From Vicugna vicugna (Eukaryota): 20,000 nt of DNA. A program made the translations under genes and the position numbers. Below the pieces are notes generated by a model. The model worked only from the letters and a program-made list of their open reading frames with translations. It did not search any database and was not told where the DNA came from. Every line of letters starts with the position of its first letter. Position 1 is the stretch's first letter. Location of the stretch: NCBI GenBank assembly GCA_013265495.1, contig MU057786.1, positions 233,965-253,964 of the forward strand. The letters run 5' to 3'. Positions 9,873-20,000 of the stretch are shown one piece after another.

Positions 9873-12647
9873 GAACTTTTGTCAGATTTGATTCTAAGTA
9901 CTTTGTAGTTTTAATGCTATACTGAATCATAGGATTTAAAGAAATTTCATCTTGTGAATGCTCATTGCTAGTATATAGAAATACGATTGACTTTTGTGTC
10001 TTTATATTTAAGGTGGATCTCTTGTAGACAGAATACAGTTGGGTCATGTTTTTTGATTCACTCTGAAAACCTCTGTCTTTCAATGGGTGCATTTAGACCC
10101 CTGACGAAGTGATTATGGATACAACTGGATTAATATCTACAATATTTATTAGTGTTTTCTGTTTGCTGCCCTTGTTCTTTGTTTTTGTCTTACACTTTTT
10201 TTCTGCCTTTTTGGGTTTTAATCGAACATTTTATACGATTCCATTTTCTCTCCTTAGCATTGGTTATATTTTTTAATTTAAAAAAAATTTTTTTCTTTTA
10301 CTTTTTTCAGTGGTTGCCCTAGTATTTACAATGTATATTTACAGCCAATCCAAGTCACCTCTAATTAAGACTGTACCACTTCATGGTAGTCTGAGTACCT
10401 TAACAACAAAATAATACCAATTCCTCCCTCCCTTTCCTTATATTATTGTCATTCGTTTAACCTATGTAAGCATGCGTAACGTGTACACACGAACACATGC
10501 ACAAGATATATAAAAGCCTACATAATTGAATGCATTGTTGATGTTATTATTTTTAATTCTTATTTTTTATTGACGTGTAGCTGATTTACAATGTTAATTT
10601 TATGTGTACAGCAAAGCAGTTCAGCCATACATATACATACATATATATACATACTTTTTCAGATTCTCTTCCATTACAACTCATTACAAGGAACTGAATA
10701 TAGTTCCCTGTGCTATATAGTAGGTCCTTGTCGTTTATCTATTTTATATGTAACAATGTGTATCTGTTAATCCCAAACTGGTATTATTAGTTTGAACAAA
10801 CTGTTCTCTGTTAGTTGAAATAAAAGTAAGAAAAATAAAAGGTTTTATTATTTTACCCTCACTTATTTCTTCTTTGATGCTCTCCTTTTATGTAGCTCTT
10901 AGTTTCTCATCTATATTTTCTTCATCTCTAAAGAATGTCTTTGAACATTTCTTGCGAGGCAGGTTTACTGGCAACAAATTCCTTTAATAGTTGTTTCTCT
11001 GAGAAAGTATTTCTCCTTCCCTTTTGAAGGATAATTTCAGAGGATATGGAATTCTAGTTTTTTTTTTTTCCTCAATAGTTTAAAATATTTCACTCTACTC
11101 TCTTCTTGCTTACATGGTGTCTGTGGAGAAGCCAGATGTAATTTTTACCTTCTATGGGTAAGTTGTTTTCCTGCTCTCTGGCTTCTTCTGTGATTTTTTT
11201 TCTTTATTTCTGATTTTATGAGTTTGAAAATTGTATGCATAGGTATAGTTTTATGTTTGTTTTTTGTTTTTAGCATTTATTCGTCTTGGTGTTTTCTGAG
11301 ATTCTTGGATCTGTAGCTTGGTGTCTGACATTAGTATGCAGAAATTTTCAGTGGCTATTATTTCAAATGTTCTTTTCTGTTTCTTTCCTTCCTTCCTTTC
11401 TTTTCTTCCTTTTTTCTTTTTATATTTTCATTACATGAATGTCGTACCTTTTGTAGTTATTCCACATTTCTTGGTTATTCTGTTTTTTTTTTTCAGGTTT
11501 TGTTCTCTCTGCTTTTTGACTTTCAGGGATTCTATTTGATAGATCCTCGAGCTCAGAGATTCTTTCCTAGGCATGTCCAGTCTACTAATAAGCTCATCAA
11601 AAGCATTCTTCATTTCTGTTACAATGCTTTTTAATTTGTAGCATTTCTTTTTAATTCTTTCTCAGCATTTCCATCTCTCTGTATACCTTGCCCATCTATT
11701 CTGACAAGCTGTCTACCTTATCCATTAGCACCTTTAGCATATTAATCTTAGCTTTTAAAAATTCCTGGTCTGATGATGCCATATCCCTTCCATGTCTGGT
11801 TCTGATGCTTGCTCTGTCTCTCCAGATTGTTTTCTGCTTTTTGGTATACCTGGTCATTTCCCCCTCTATAGCTGAGCGTGATGCACCTGGCCAAAGGAAC
11901 TGCTATAAATAAGCACTTAGGAATGTGGTGAAGTTTGTTGGGGGAGGGAAGTATTTTATAGTCCTAGGATTTGGTCTTAATCTGTTAATGAGGCTGTGCT
12001 TTGTGGCCTGTCAGCTTAACAAGTGTTTCTCAACTTTTCCCCCTCTTTCTTAGGACAGGACTGGTAGAGTGGGCTGGAGCTGGGTATTTCCCTTGCCTGG
12101 GTTGGTTATGCTCTGATAATACCCCAGCTGGTCAGGCTCTGGGTACTAGTTTCCTCTGAGAACTTGCTGAGAAGGACAGAGTGTTGGGGTACATTTCAAA
12201 ATGGTTCCTTTGCCCCTCTCCCTACCAGAAGCCCTAGCGTGTTTGTCTCTGATATTTACTCGGGGAATCTGGTTGAGCTTCTGGAGGCAAATCTCACCGG
12301 ATTGTGGGATCCTTCCTGTGACTGGATCCCCTGGAGTTTTGAACTCTCAGAGTTGCCCACACTGAGCCTCCAGCAGTTCCTCCACTGCAGTTCAGCTCTT
12401 GCTACCCACCACTGGTTCCTGCAGCTGTTCCCACTCCCGAGTCTTGGCTCCAGGAAGCCACAGCGACCTGTGCTCACCTGTCTCCCCAGTCTTGGGGGCA
12501 GCGCTTTTCCCTGTGAACTTCTTTCTCATATAGATCCAAGAAGAATTGTTGATTTTTCAGTCTGTTATGCTTTTTTACTGTTTTTTTTTTTTTGGACAGA
12601 GGGATGGCTTCCAAGCTCCTTATACACAGAACAGGAAACTGGAAATC
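9873..12647 (-). mobile_element. LINE-1 (L1MC-type) keeping its 5' end, 5' UTR, decayed ORF1, inter-ORF region and ORF2 start, joined to an RT-region piece
   Basis: The 5' end gatttccag...taaggagcttggaagcc...aaaagcataacagactgaaaaatcaacaattcttcttggatc matches the recalled L1MCa-type 5' end. ORF1 coiled-coil remnant MKNAFDELISRLD starts at 11613. Endonuclease remnant GLNAPIERQRFSE*IKKHDPTVFCLQEIHL lies at about 10010-10100, and RT remnant QKSIVFLYTSNE...KYL..NLTK at 9873-9996. Confidence 0.88.
10554..10778 (-). mobile_element. 5'-truncated cetartiodactyl-type L1 3' end (L1_Art-like) nested in the L1MC element
   Basis: Poly(T) start, then ttgacgtgtagctgatttacaatgtt...tgaatatagttccctgtgctatatagtaggtccttg...gttaatcccaaac. 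15-bp TSD tgatgttattatttt (10539-10553) / tggtattattagttt (10779-10793) with 3 mismatches. Confidence 0.9.
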
Positions 12648-12673
12648 TGCTTTTCTTTTTGAAACAAATTCTT

Positions 12674-13226
12674 TTTCTTTTTTCCTTTTCTTTAAAAACA
12701 AATGAAGTATCATCAGTTTACAATGTGTCAATTTCTGGTATACAGCATAATGTTTTAGTCTTGCATATACATACATAAATTTGTTTTTATATTCTTTTTC
12801 ATTATAGACTACTACAAGATACTGAATATAGTTCCATATACTATACAGAAGGAACTTGTTGTTAATTTATTTTATATATAGCAGTTAATATTTGCAAATG
12901 TTGAACTCTCAGTTTATCCCTTCTCACCTGCTTCCCCCCATTGCCCCAGTAACTGTAAGTTTGTTTACTATGTCTGTGAGTCTGTTTCTGTTTTGTAGAG
13001 AAGTTCATTAGTGTCTTTTTTACTTTTTTTAGATCCCACATATGAGTGATATCATATGGTATTTTTCTTTTTCTTTCTTGCTTACTTCGCCCAGTATGAC
13101 ATTCTCCAGGTTTATCCATATTGCTGCAAATGGCATTATTTTATTCTTTTTTGTGGCTGAGTAGTATTCCATTGTATAAATATACCACAGCTTCTTTATC
13201 CAGTCATCTGTCAATGGACATTTAGG
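12674..13226 (-). mobile_element. Young 5'-truncated L1 (ORF2 C-terminus, 3' UTR, poly(A))
   Basis: 16-bp TSD tttgaaacaaattctt (12658-12673) / tttaaaacaagttctt (13227-13242) with 2 mismatches. The minus-strand target reads ttt/aagaa, an L1 endonuclease-type site. Confidence 0.93.
13029..13214 (-). pseudogene. LINE-1 ORF2p C-terminal remnant
   Basis: DDWIKKLWYIYTMEYYSATKKNKIMPFAAIWINLENVILGEVSKKEKEKYHMISLICGI* is the typical L1 ORF2p C-terminus. Confidence 0.92.
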
Positions 13227-14178
13227 TTTAAAACAAGTTCTTAAATAGACTCTAAGGTAATTAAATTCAGTCTTTTAGAAGTATATAATATCCACTTTTG
13301 TTTCTTATAACAGTTTTAACTTAAAGTCTATTTTTTCCTGGTATTAGCATAGCCACCCCAGTTTTCTTTCAGTTACCATGTGCATAGAATAACTGTTTTC
13401 AGCCTTTCACTTCCAACCTGCTTATGTCTTTGGATTTAAAGTGAGTTTTTAATAGACAGCATATAGTTGAATTATATTTTTAAAAATCTGTTCTTCCAGT
13501 CTCTTTGACAGGAGAGTTCAACTCATTTATATTTAAAGTAATTATTGATAAGGGTTGATTTATTCTACCATTTTCCTATTTGTTTTCTGTATATCTAATA
13601 GCTTTTGTGTCCCCCGTTTCTTGTATTGCTGCCTTTTTTTGGTGTCTATTTGATTTTTTGGTAGTAAGCCATTTGATTCCTCTTTCATTTCCTTTTGTGT
13701 GTATTTCTTAGCTATTTCCTTTTTGGTTACCATGAGGATTACATTTAACCTCTTAAATCTATAGCAATGTAATTTGAATCGATGCTAACTTAAGTTCAGT
13801 AGCAATTGAAGGGCGCAGTTTTGCTCCTATCCGGCTCCTTCCCCCTTTATATCATTGTCACAAATCACCTCTGTATACATTGTGTGCCATTAGCAGAGAT
13901 TTATAATTTTAAAAATGCCTTTGTCCTTTAAATCATTTAGGAAATGAAAAATGGAGATACAAACTAAAAATACAATACTAATGGTTTATATATTTGCCCA
14001 ATGTAGTTACCTTTACTGGAGAACATGATTTCTTCATGCAACTTTGAATCACTGTCTCCTGTCCTTTCATTTCAACCTGAAGGTCTCCTTTTAGCATTTC
14101 TTATAGGGAAGATCTAGTGGTAACAAAGTCCCTTATCTTTTGTTTATCTGGGACTGTCTTAATTGCACTTCCATTTTT

Positions 14179-14507
14179 TGGTAGTTATATATATATATAT
14201 ATATATACATACATATAAAACTAAAAATTTATCATTTTAGCCATATTTAAATGTAAAGTTTACTGGCATTAAGCACATTCACATTGTTGTGTAATCACAC
14301 AGTCACTCTCCATCTCCAGAACGTTTTTATCTTCCCAAGCTGAAACTCTCCCCATTGAGCAATAACTCCTTGTTCCCCCTCTTCCCCTTCCCCTGGTAAC
14401 AGCCATCTACTTTCTGCTTCTATGAATTGAACCATTCCACACACCTTACATAAGTAGAATCATACAGTATTTGTCCTTTGATGACTGATTTATTTCTTGT
14501 TTAGCAT
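14179..14507 (-). mobile_element. L1MB-type 3' end nested in L1 ORF1, with a (TA)n tract
   Basis: ggcattaagcacattcacattgttgtg, ccatctccagaac, tgaaactct and agtagaatcatacagtatttgtccttt. Degenerate TSD aattgcacttccattttt (14161-14178) / aatctctctctcattttt (14508-14525). Confidence 0.88.
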
Positions 14508-14657
14508 AATCTCTCTCTCATTTTTGAAGGACAGTTTTGCTAAGGACAGAATTCTTAGTTGACAGCGTTTCCCCTCCTAGCCCTGTAAACACGCCATCCC
14601 CACTGCTTTCTGGTCTCGTTTGTTTCTGATGAGAAATGGGTTGTTCATCTTACCGAG

Positions 14658-15093
14658 TGTTACGGGTTGAATTGTCACCCTCATCACCTCAAAATTCATG
14701 TTGAAGTCCTAGCCCACAGTGTCTCAGAATGGTCCTTATTTGGAAGTAGGATCACTGCACATGTAATTAGTTAAGTTAGGATGAGATCATTAGGATGGGC
14801 CTTAATTCAATATGACTACTGTTCTTATAAAAAGGAGAAATTTGAACACAGAGCTAGACAGACACATGTAGAGGGAAGACTGAAGAAGGGACACAGGGAA
14901 AAGACAGCCATATACAAGCGAAGGAGAGAGGCCTGGGACAGATCCTTCCCTCACAGCCTTGAGAAGGGACCAATCCTGCCAATACCTCAATTTCAGACTT
15001 CCGTCCTCCGTAACTGTGAGACCATAAATGTCTGTGGTTTAAGCAGCCCAGTGTGTGGGACTGTGATAATAGCACCTACAGTAAATCAATACA
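14658..15093 (+). mobile_element. MaLR solo LTR (MLT1B/MLT1C-like)
   Basis: TG...CA ends (tgttacgggttgaattgt ... aatcaataca) with internal gttgaagtcctagc, cttataaaagg, aaggagagaggcc and actgtgaga...ataaat...gtttaagc. The 5-bp flanks ccgag/ttgct are too degraded to confirm a TSD. Confidence 0.9.
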
Positions 15094-15364
15094 TTGCTGA
15101 TCCCTTGGACTTGATTAGTTGCTTCCCTCTTACTGCCTGTAGGAGTCTCTCTTTGCCTTCCAATGGTTTGATTATAATGGGTCTCTTTGAGTTTATCCTA
15201 CTTGGACTTCATTGAGCACCTTGGGACTGTAAATTCATGTATTTCATCAAATTTGGGAAGTCTTTGATCATTATTTCTTCAGATATTCTTTCTTCCCTCT
15301 TATCTCTCTTTCTTTCTTCCTTCTGGGATACTCATAATGAGTACGGTTGTGTCCCACAGATCAC

Positions 15365-15742
15365 TGACTTGGTTAATGTAGGCTGCCGTAACAAAATATC
15401 ATAGTCTGGGTGACTTACACAACAAGATGTTTTCTCACGGTTCTGGAGCTTGGGAAAGTCAAAGGTCAAGTTTCCAGCAGATTTGCTTCCTGGTGAGGAC
15501 CCTCTTCCTATAAGTTTCAGGCAGCTGCCTTCTCACTCTGTTCTCACATGGTGGAGAGACAGAGAAAGCTAGTTTCCTGATGTCTCTTCTTATAAGGACA
15601 TTAATTCTGTTGGATCAGGGCTCCACATGTATAACCTAATTTAACCTTAACTGATCTCCTTACTCCAAACACAGCCACACTGGGGTGGGGTGAGGCTTCA
15701 GCATATGAATTTGGTAGGGGGGACATAATTCAGTCTGTAGCA
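15365..15742 (-). mobile_element. MaLR solo LTR (MLT1A0-like)
   Basis: ggctgccgtaacaaaatatcatag, ttctcacggttctggag, tctcttcttataaggaca and catatgaattt...ttcagtctgtagca. 5-bp TSD atcac (15360-15364) / gtcac (15743-15747). Confidence 0.92.
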
Positions 15743-15917
15743 GTCACTTAGGAGGTTGTTATTCATTCATACAGTTTTGAGTTATTGTCTAGTGTCCTTT
15801 CATTTCACCTTGAAAGACTCCCTTTAGCATCTCTTATAAGGCAGGTTTATTGGTAACAAACTCGCTCAGCTTTTTTTTTACCTAAGAATGTCTTGATTTT
15901 ACTTTTATTCATTTTTT

Positions 15918-16161
15918 ATTGCGGTCATGTGCCATGTTGAAGAGGAAGTGGGGCAAGGGCAAGTAAAAATGTTACAGTGCTTTCCTAGTGTTTTCAGGTT
16001 GCCCTTTTCTTGATTAAGTGTTCTCTTGGTTGCTGTAAACCTTTGACTATTTTGCAGAGTTCTGACGAAGTTGGTTCTTCTTGTGGCCATTACTATTATT
16101 ATTTTGTTTCTGTAGAAAGGTGAGAACTTAGAACTGTCTATTCTGCCATTTTGTTCTGCCA
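15918..16161 (-). mobile_element. Isolated L1 5' UTR start (about 245 bp)
   Basis: Minus strand caaaatggcagaatag ... caacttcgtcagaactctg ... caaaggtttacagcaacc ... aatcaagaaaa ... acttgcccttgcccc resembles recalled L1M3/L1M4-type 5' ends, with a YY1-like AAAATGGC motif. Confidence 0.7.
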
Positions 16162-16789
16162 TCATTTTTTGAAAGATATTTTCACTGGGTATAAAAATCT
16201 AGGTTAATAGTTTTTCTCTCTCAGTTCCTTAAAGAGTCACACCATTGTCTTCTCTTTTCCATTGTTTCTGATAGGAAATTTGCTGTCATCTTTTCCTTGT
16301 TCCTTTGTACGTAACATACCTTATTTCTCTGGCTGTTTTAAGATTTTCTCTTTATCCTGGTTTTGAACATTTTGATTATGATGTGCCTTGTTATAGTTTT
16401 CTTCTTCATTTTTCTTGTGCTTGGGATTTCTTAAGATTCTTATATCTGTGGGATTATAGTTTTTATGAAATTTGGAAAATTTTTCATGAATTATTACTTA
16501 CCCCTCTTCTTTCCTCTTCTTCCCTCCTCTCTTTTCTGCTCCTCTGGGACTCCAACTGCACATATGTTAGGTTGCTTGAAGTTGTCCCTCAAGTTAATAA
16601 TATTCTCTTCTTTCTTTCCCTTTCTTTTTTCTTTCTCTCTCCTTTCTTTCCCTTCCTTTCTTCCTTCCTTCCTTCCTTCCCTCCCTGTCTTTTCTTTCTC
16701 TCTCTTTTCTTTCTCTCCCTTTCTTTCTTTTTTTCCTCCTTTCTTTCCTCCTTCCTTTCCTTTTCTTTCTTTCCTCCTTCCTTTCCTTT

Positions 16790-16825
<36 letters not shown>

Positions 16826-17877
16826 TCCTTTTTCTCCTTCTCTCCTTCTATATTTCATTTTGGGTACTTCCTTTTGCCATGTCTTCAAGTTCACTAATCT
16901 TTTTTTTGCTCTATCTAACTCAACATTAATATAAATCATTTTATTTTTATCTCGTAAATTGTAGGTTTTTGCTCTTGAAGTCTGATTTTCATCTTATTTT
17001 AATTCTTTCATGTCTCTCCTTAACTTTTGAACATATGGCATGTAGAGTAATGACTGCTTTAATACACTTGTCTGCTAATTCTGATATCTGTGCCAGTTCT
17101 GGTTTGGCTGTGGTTGATTAATTTTCTCTTCATATGGTTTACATTTTTCTGCTTCTTTATATACATCATGCATTTTGTTGTATTACATGCATTGTGATGG
17201 GTATTTTATATTCCTGGAAATATTCTTGAGCTATATTCTGGGGTGCAGGTAGGTTACTTGGAAACAGTTTGATCCTTCTGAGTCTTGCCTTTACCTTTTG
17301 ATAGGCAGGACCACAGCCATGGCTGCTGAGGCAAAACCTTTGTGTGTAATCCACCCAGTGTCTTGTGAACCAGGTTTTCTAGTCTAATTGGAAATAGTCA
17401 CTGTTCTTTGCCCTCTGTGAATGTCAAATGCTGTTCCCTCAAATCTTTTTGGATGGTTCTTTTCCTGGTTTTGGGAAAGATTTACTCTACTAAATATTTA
17501 AGTGGGATCTTATGAAAATTATCAGATTTCTCTGCCTGTGCACACCTCTCTCCTTTCTTTACTCGGTCCTGTGAACTCTGGCTCCCTTTGTCTCCTTGAA
17601 CTCTCAGCTTCAAATCCTTACCTCAGGGCATCTGCTGGACTCTTCCTGTGCACCTGACCCCAATTTCAGCCTGGACACTCTCTTAGGACAGGACAACGAG
17701 GCAATCATAGGGCTCACCTTGTTTTATTTTAGTCTCTTGGGGATCACTGTCCTTTGTTGCCTCATGTTCAGTGTCTCGAAAGCCATTTTTTTTCATATTT
17801 TACCCCCTTTTTTTGTTTGTTTCAGAAAGTAGTAAATCCAGTCCCTACACTTACTTACTACATCAGAATCAGAAATC
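16162..17877 (-). mobile_element. Old LINE-1 (L1MD/L1ME-type) 5' end, 5' UTR and ORF1
   Basis: ORF1 motifs ttgaaagatattttcactgggtata, ctgggactccaactgcacatatgttagg and tcttcaagttcactaatc. The 5'-end signature gcaatcatagggctcacc...ggatcactgtcctttgttgcc...gtaaatccagtccct ends at agaaatc. Confidence 0.82.
16603..16848. repeat. CT-rich compound microsatellite, (CTTT)n/(CCTT)n
   Basis: About 245 bp of almost pure pyrimidine on the + strand. Confidence 0.95.
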
Positions 17878-18317
17878 TAAATGTTATCATTTTAAATATT
17901 GATAATTTTCTTTTATTTAATGATGGAGGGAATGGAATGGATAAAGCTGTGAAGAATGGTGAAGAAGAGACAATTGTTGGAATGAGGTCGGAAGAAATGA
18001 TTTAATTATTTAATCTGCTATTGATTGATATTCTTTGCCAGACTCCTGTGGGTATTGGGTGGAATAATTTATAGCCCTTGCCTTCAGAAAAAATGCCCAT
18101 GATCTGATGGTGTGGTGGAGTAGTTTAGAGTTTTTTTAATCAGGAGATACAGTTGCTGAGACAAAGCAGATGTTTCATGTTTCCAAACTATGAAGAATTG
18201 GAGTCATTTAAAACATTTTTCATTGAATGCAATTATAAATGCTATTCCAGAAAGAGCTACAAATCACGGTAGATTTGTTCAGCCCTTAAGGGAAATGATG
18301 GTTAATTTTGTAAGGAG

Positions 18318-18515
18318 GTTGTAGGAAGGAGCGTAAGATCTGGGGTCAGAAAACACACATATGAGCCCCCTGGACCCTCTGCCCTCAGGGCGTATTTGTG
18401 CCTGCATGTGCAGTAAAATGGGATGAAGGCAGGCATGTTGGCGGTTTTTCATGGGGTACACATGTAGAGTACCCAGCATGGTGCCTAGCATCTAGCAGGT
18501 TATTAGCGAATGTGG
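18318..18515 (+). mobile_element. Degenerate MIR SINE
   Basis: gtaggaaggagcgtaagatctggggtcaga ... gtaaaatgggatga ... catgtagagtacccagcatggtgcctagcatctagcagg. Confidence 0.65.
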
Positions 18516-19382
18516 TCCCCACTACTTTGTGCAGAATGAGCCTTGCATTGTGTCTTTGCATAGCCCGACTCTCTCATGGGCACTTCCTTGGGATTCCCAA
18601 GTCGGCGCACGTGCCAGTCAGACTCCCCCCAGCAAGGAACTGAGGGGGCTTTGGTTTATGCACTGCATTCTGAGAGGTGCAATTTCTGGCTCTTATTGGA
18701 CCCCTTGTTCATTGGGAGTCACCCCCTGTTATAACCCTAAGAAAGATGAATCTGAAGGCTTAGAGGAATAGCAGGAAGCAAAAAGGAGGTGCCCCATCTC
18801 CATCCAAGACATTGCTTCCAACCTGCCTGAAAAGTGTCTTCTGCTGGGGAATTGAGACTAAAGGACAGAGAATGCAGCCCAACATGGGGCCTGAGGACAG
18901 GGCTGCCTGAAGCCAGGGAGGAAGAGAAGGACTGAGGACCAGGAGAGGCATGAGGACGGGGACAGGAGGACTCCTAACCAACAAGGGGTCAATGGAGACC
19001 AGGGTTCAGGTATCCCAGAGGAGCCAGGATTGGGAGTTCTCAGAACACTGCCATTCATCTGTGTGTGTGTGTGGGGGAGGTGACAGGCATATCTCAGAGC
19101 ATTGGCTTGGTGACCTCAGTGAGCCCAGCACACCATCAACCTGGGGCCACTCTGTGGTCCGTGTGAGTAACAGGTGGCGTTATCTCAGATACAGCCTGTC
19201 CTAAGGTGGCTGGCTGGTCCCTGAGCTGACCCATGCCACAGCTTAGGGCTCAGGCTGGCTCATCCTGCTCCCTACCCCCCCCACCAGGTATTTTCAAGTT
19301 AATCAAAGGAGCTGGCAACAAAGAGTGATGGAGACACCTAAAGTGCTGGGAAATTTCCATGCACTTTTCTTAACATTTTAAA

Positions 19383-19535
19383 AATGCCCTTGGGGGTAGA
19401 CATTGTTGAACCCATTTTATGTAAGGAGACTGAGGTTCACAGAGGGGAAGGGACTTGTCCAAGGTCCTGGATATGTCTTAACTTGGATTTGAATTCAAAT
19501 CTCTCTGCCTCCAAACCTCAATCTTTCTAACATAC
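19383..19535 (-). mobile_element. MIR SINE
   Basis: cccattttatgtaaggagactgaggttcacagagg...gacttgtccaaggtc...ggatttgaattc...ctgcctccaaa. Confidence 0.85.
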
Positions 19536-19704
19536 CCCAGAGTTTCTCTTCCTTTTTCAGATTTAGTCATGTGGTCCTCACAGGCCTCTAAAACACAGCT
19601 GGAGTAGGTGTACTTAGAAAGCCAGCCAGGGGGTGTCAGTGACATCCTGCAGAGTCCTGACACCTGGGCTTTCCTGGGCAGGCATGGGAAGCATCTGTTC
19701 CTTC

Positions 19705-20000
19705 TGTCCTTGCCAGAATAGGATAGCCTATGTGACCGTAACAAACAGCCCCCAAATCTTGGTGATTCATTTCTTGCTCAGACCACATGCTCAGCATGGG
19801 CTGGCCTTGGGGCGCTGCTGGCCAGTTGTCATCTTCCTCACTCCAGGAACCAGGCTGAGCAGCAACCACTTCCCATAATGCTGTTGGCAGTATCGGTAGA
19901 GAAGCAAGAACCAGCTCTGAAGCTTCTGCCTGGAATGAATACGTATCACAACTGTTTGCATTTCATTGGCCGGACAGCAACGGTCCACAGTGGATGCTCT
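19705..20000 (-). mobile_element. MaLR LTR (MLT1K/MLT1L-like), running to or past the window end
   Basis: gtaacaaacagcccccaaatc, atttcttgctca, ccaggaaccaggctga, gaagcttctgcctggaa and atttcattggcc. Confidence 0.75.

Larger units (their letters stand above)
13270..15917 (-). mobile_element. Old LINE-1 (L1MB/L1M3-4-type): ORF1 3' half, inter-ORF region and ORF2 endonuclease start, interrupted by three insertions
   Basis: Antisense ORF2 start (aaagtctatttt..., atagccaccccag, atagacagcatatagttg, ttaaagtaattattgata) and ORF1 motifs (tcatttttgaagga, tttctgatgagaaat, gtcccacaga). The ORF1 3' segment occurs twice (about 14030-14178 and 15765-15917), so more than one copy may be involved. Confidence 0.8.

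Noticed and set aside
12164..12778. 204-aa + strand ORF
   Set aside because: It is antisense to an L1 5' UTR, reads across a TSD into a younger L1 tail, has a non-ATG start and shows no recognisable domain.
14658..15742. Two MaLR LTRs as the ends of one provirus
   Set aside because: They have opposite orientations and different subfamilies, and the DNA between them is L1 ORF1. The second has its own TSD.
16305..16939. Long ORFs of 209, 154 and 116 aa (F/L/S-rich or K/E/R-rich)
   Set aside because: They stay open only because they cross the stop-free CT microsatellite inside an L1.
1..20000. CRISPR array, operon, tRNA/rRNA gene or other novel multi-gene system
   Set aside because: No repeat-spacer periodicity, no gene-dense coding structure and no recognisable RNA gene. 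The window is explained by mammalian interspersed repeats and unique non-coding DNA.

Overview
Non-coding mammalian genomic DNA, probably cetartiodactyl and possibly camelid, judging from the young L1 3' UTRs and the absence of Alu, B1, Bov-tA, PRE-1 or CAN SINEs. I found no convincing protein-coding gene, RNA gene or novel system. The ORF track is noise apart from decayed LINE-1 ORF1/ORF2 remnants. Positions 1-9.9 kb mix GC-rich unique sequence with old repeats (L1MC/L1ME, L2, MIR, MER5A1, Charlie4z) and include a 17-nt N gap. Positions 9.87-17.88 kb are a nested, minus-strand L1 stack that keeps three L1 5' ends and carries three younger L1 3' insertions with target-site duplications (TSDs), two MaLR solo LTRs and a CT-rich tract. 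The last 2 kb hold two MIRs and an MLT1K-like LTR. The most unusual structures are a split, 5'-inverted young L1 interleaved with an ancient MIR (5.57-6.04 kb), an L1 5'-UTR stub bounded by a 9-bp direct repeat, and an endonuclease-to-RT junction in ORF2. All repeat family names come from remembered consensus sequences, not a search, and boundaries of old repeats are approximate.
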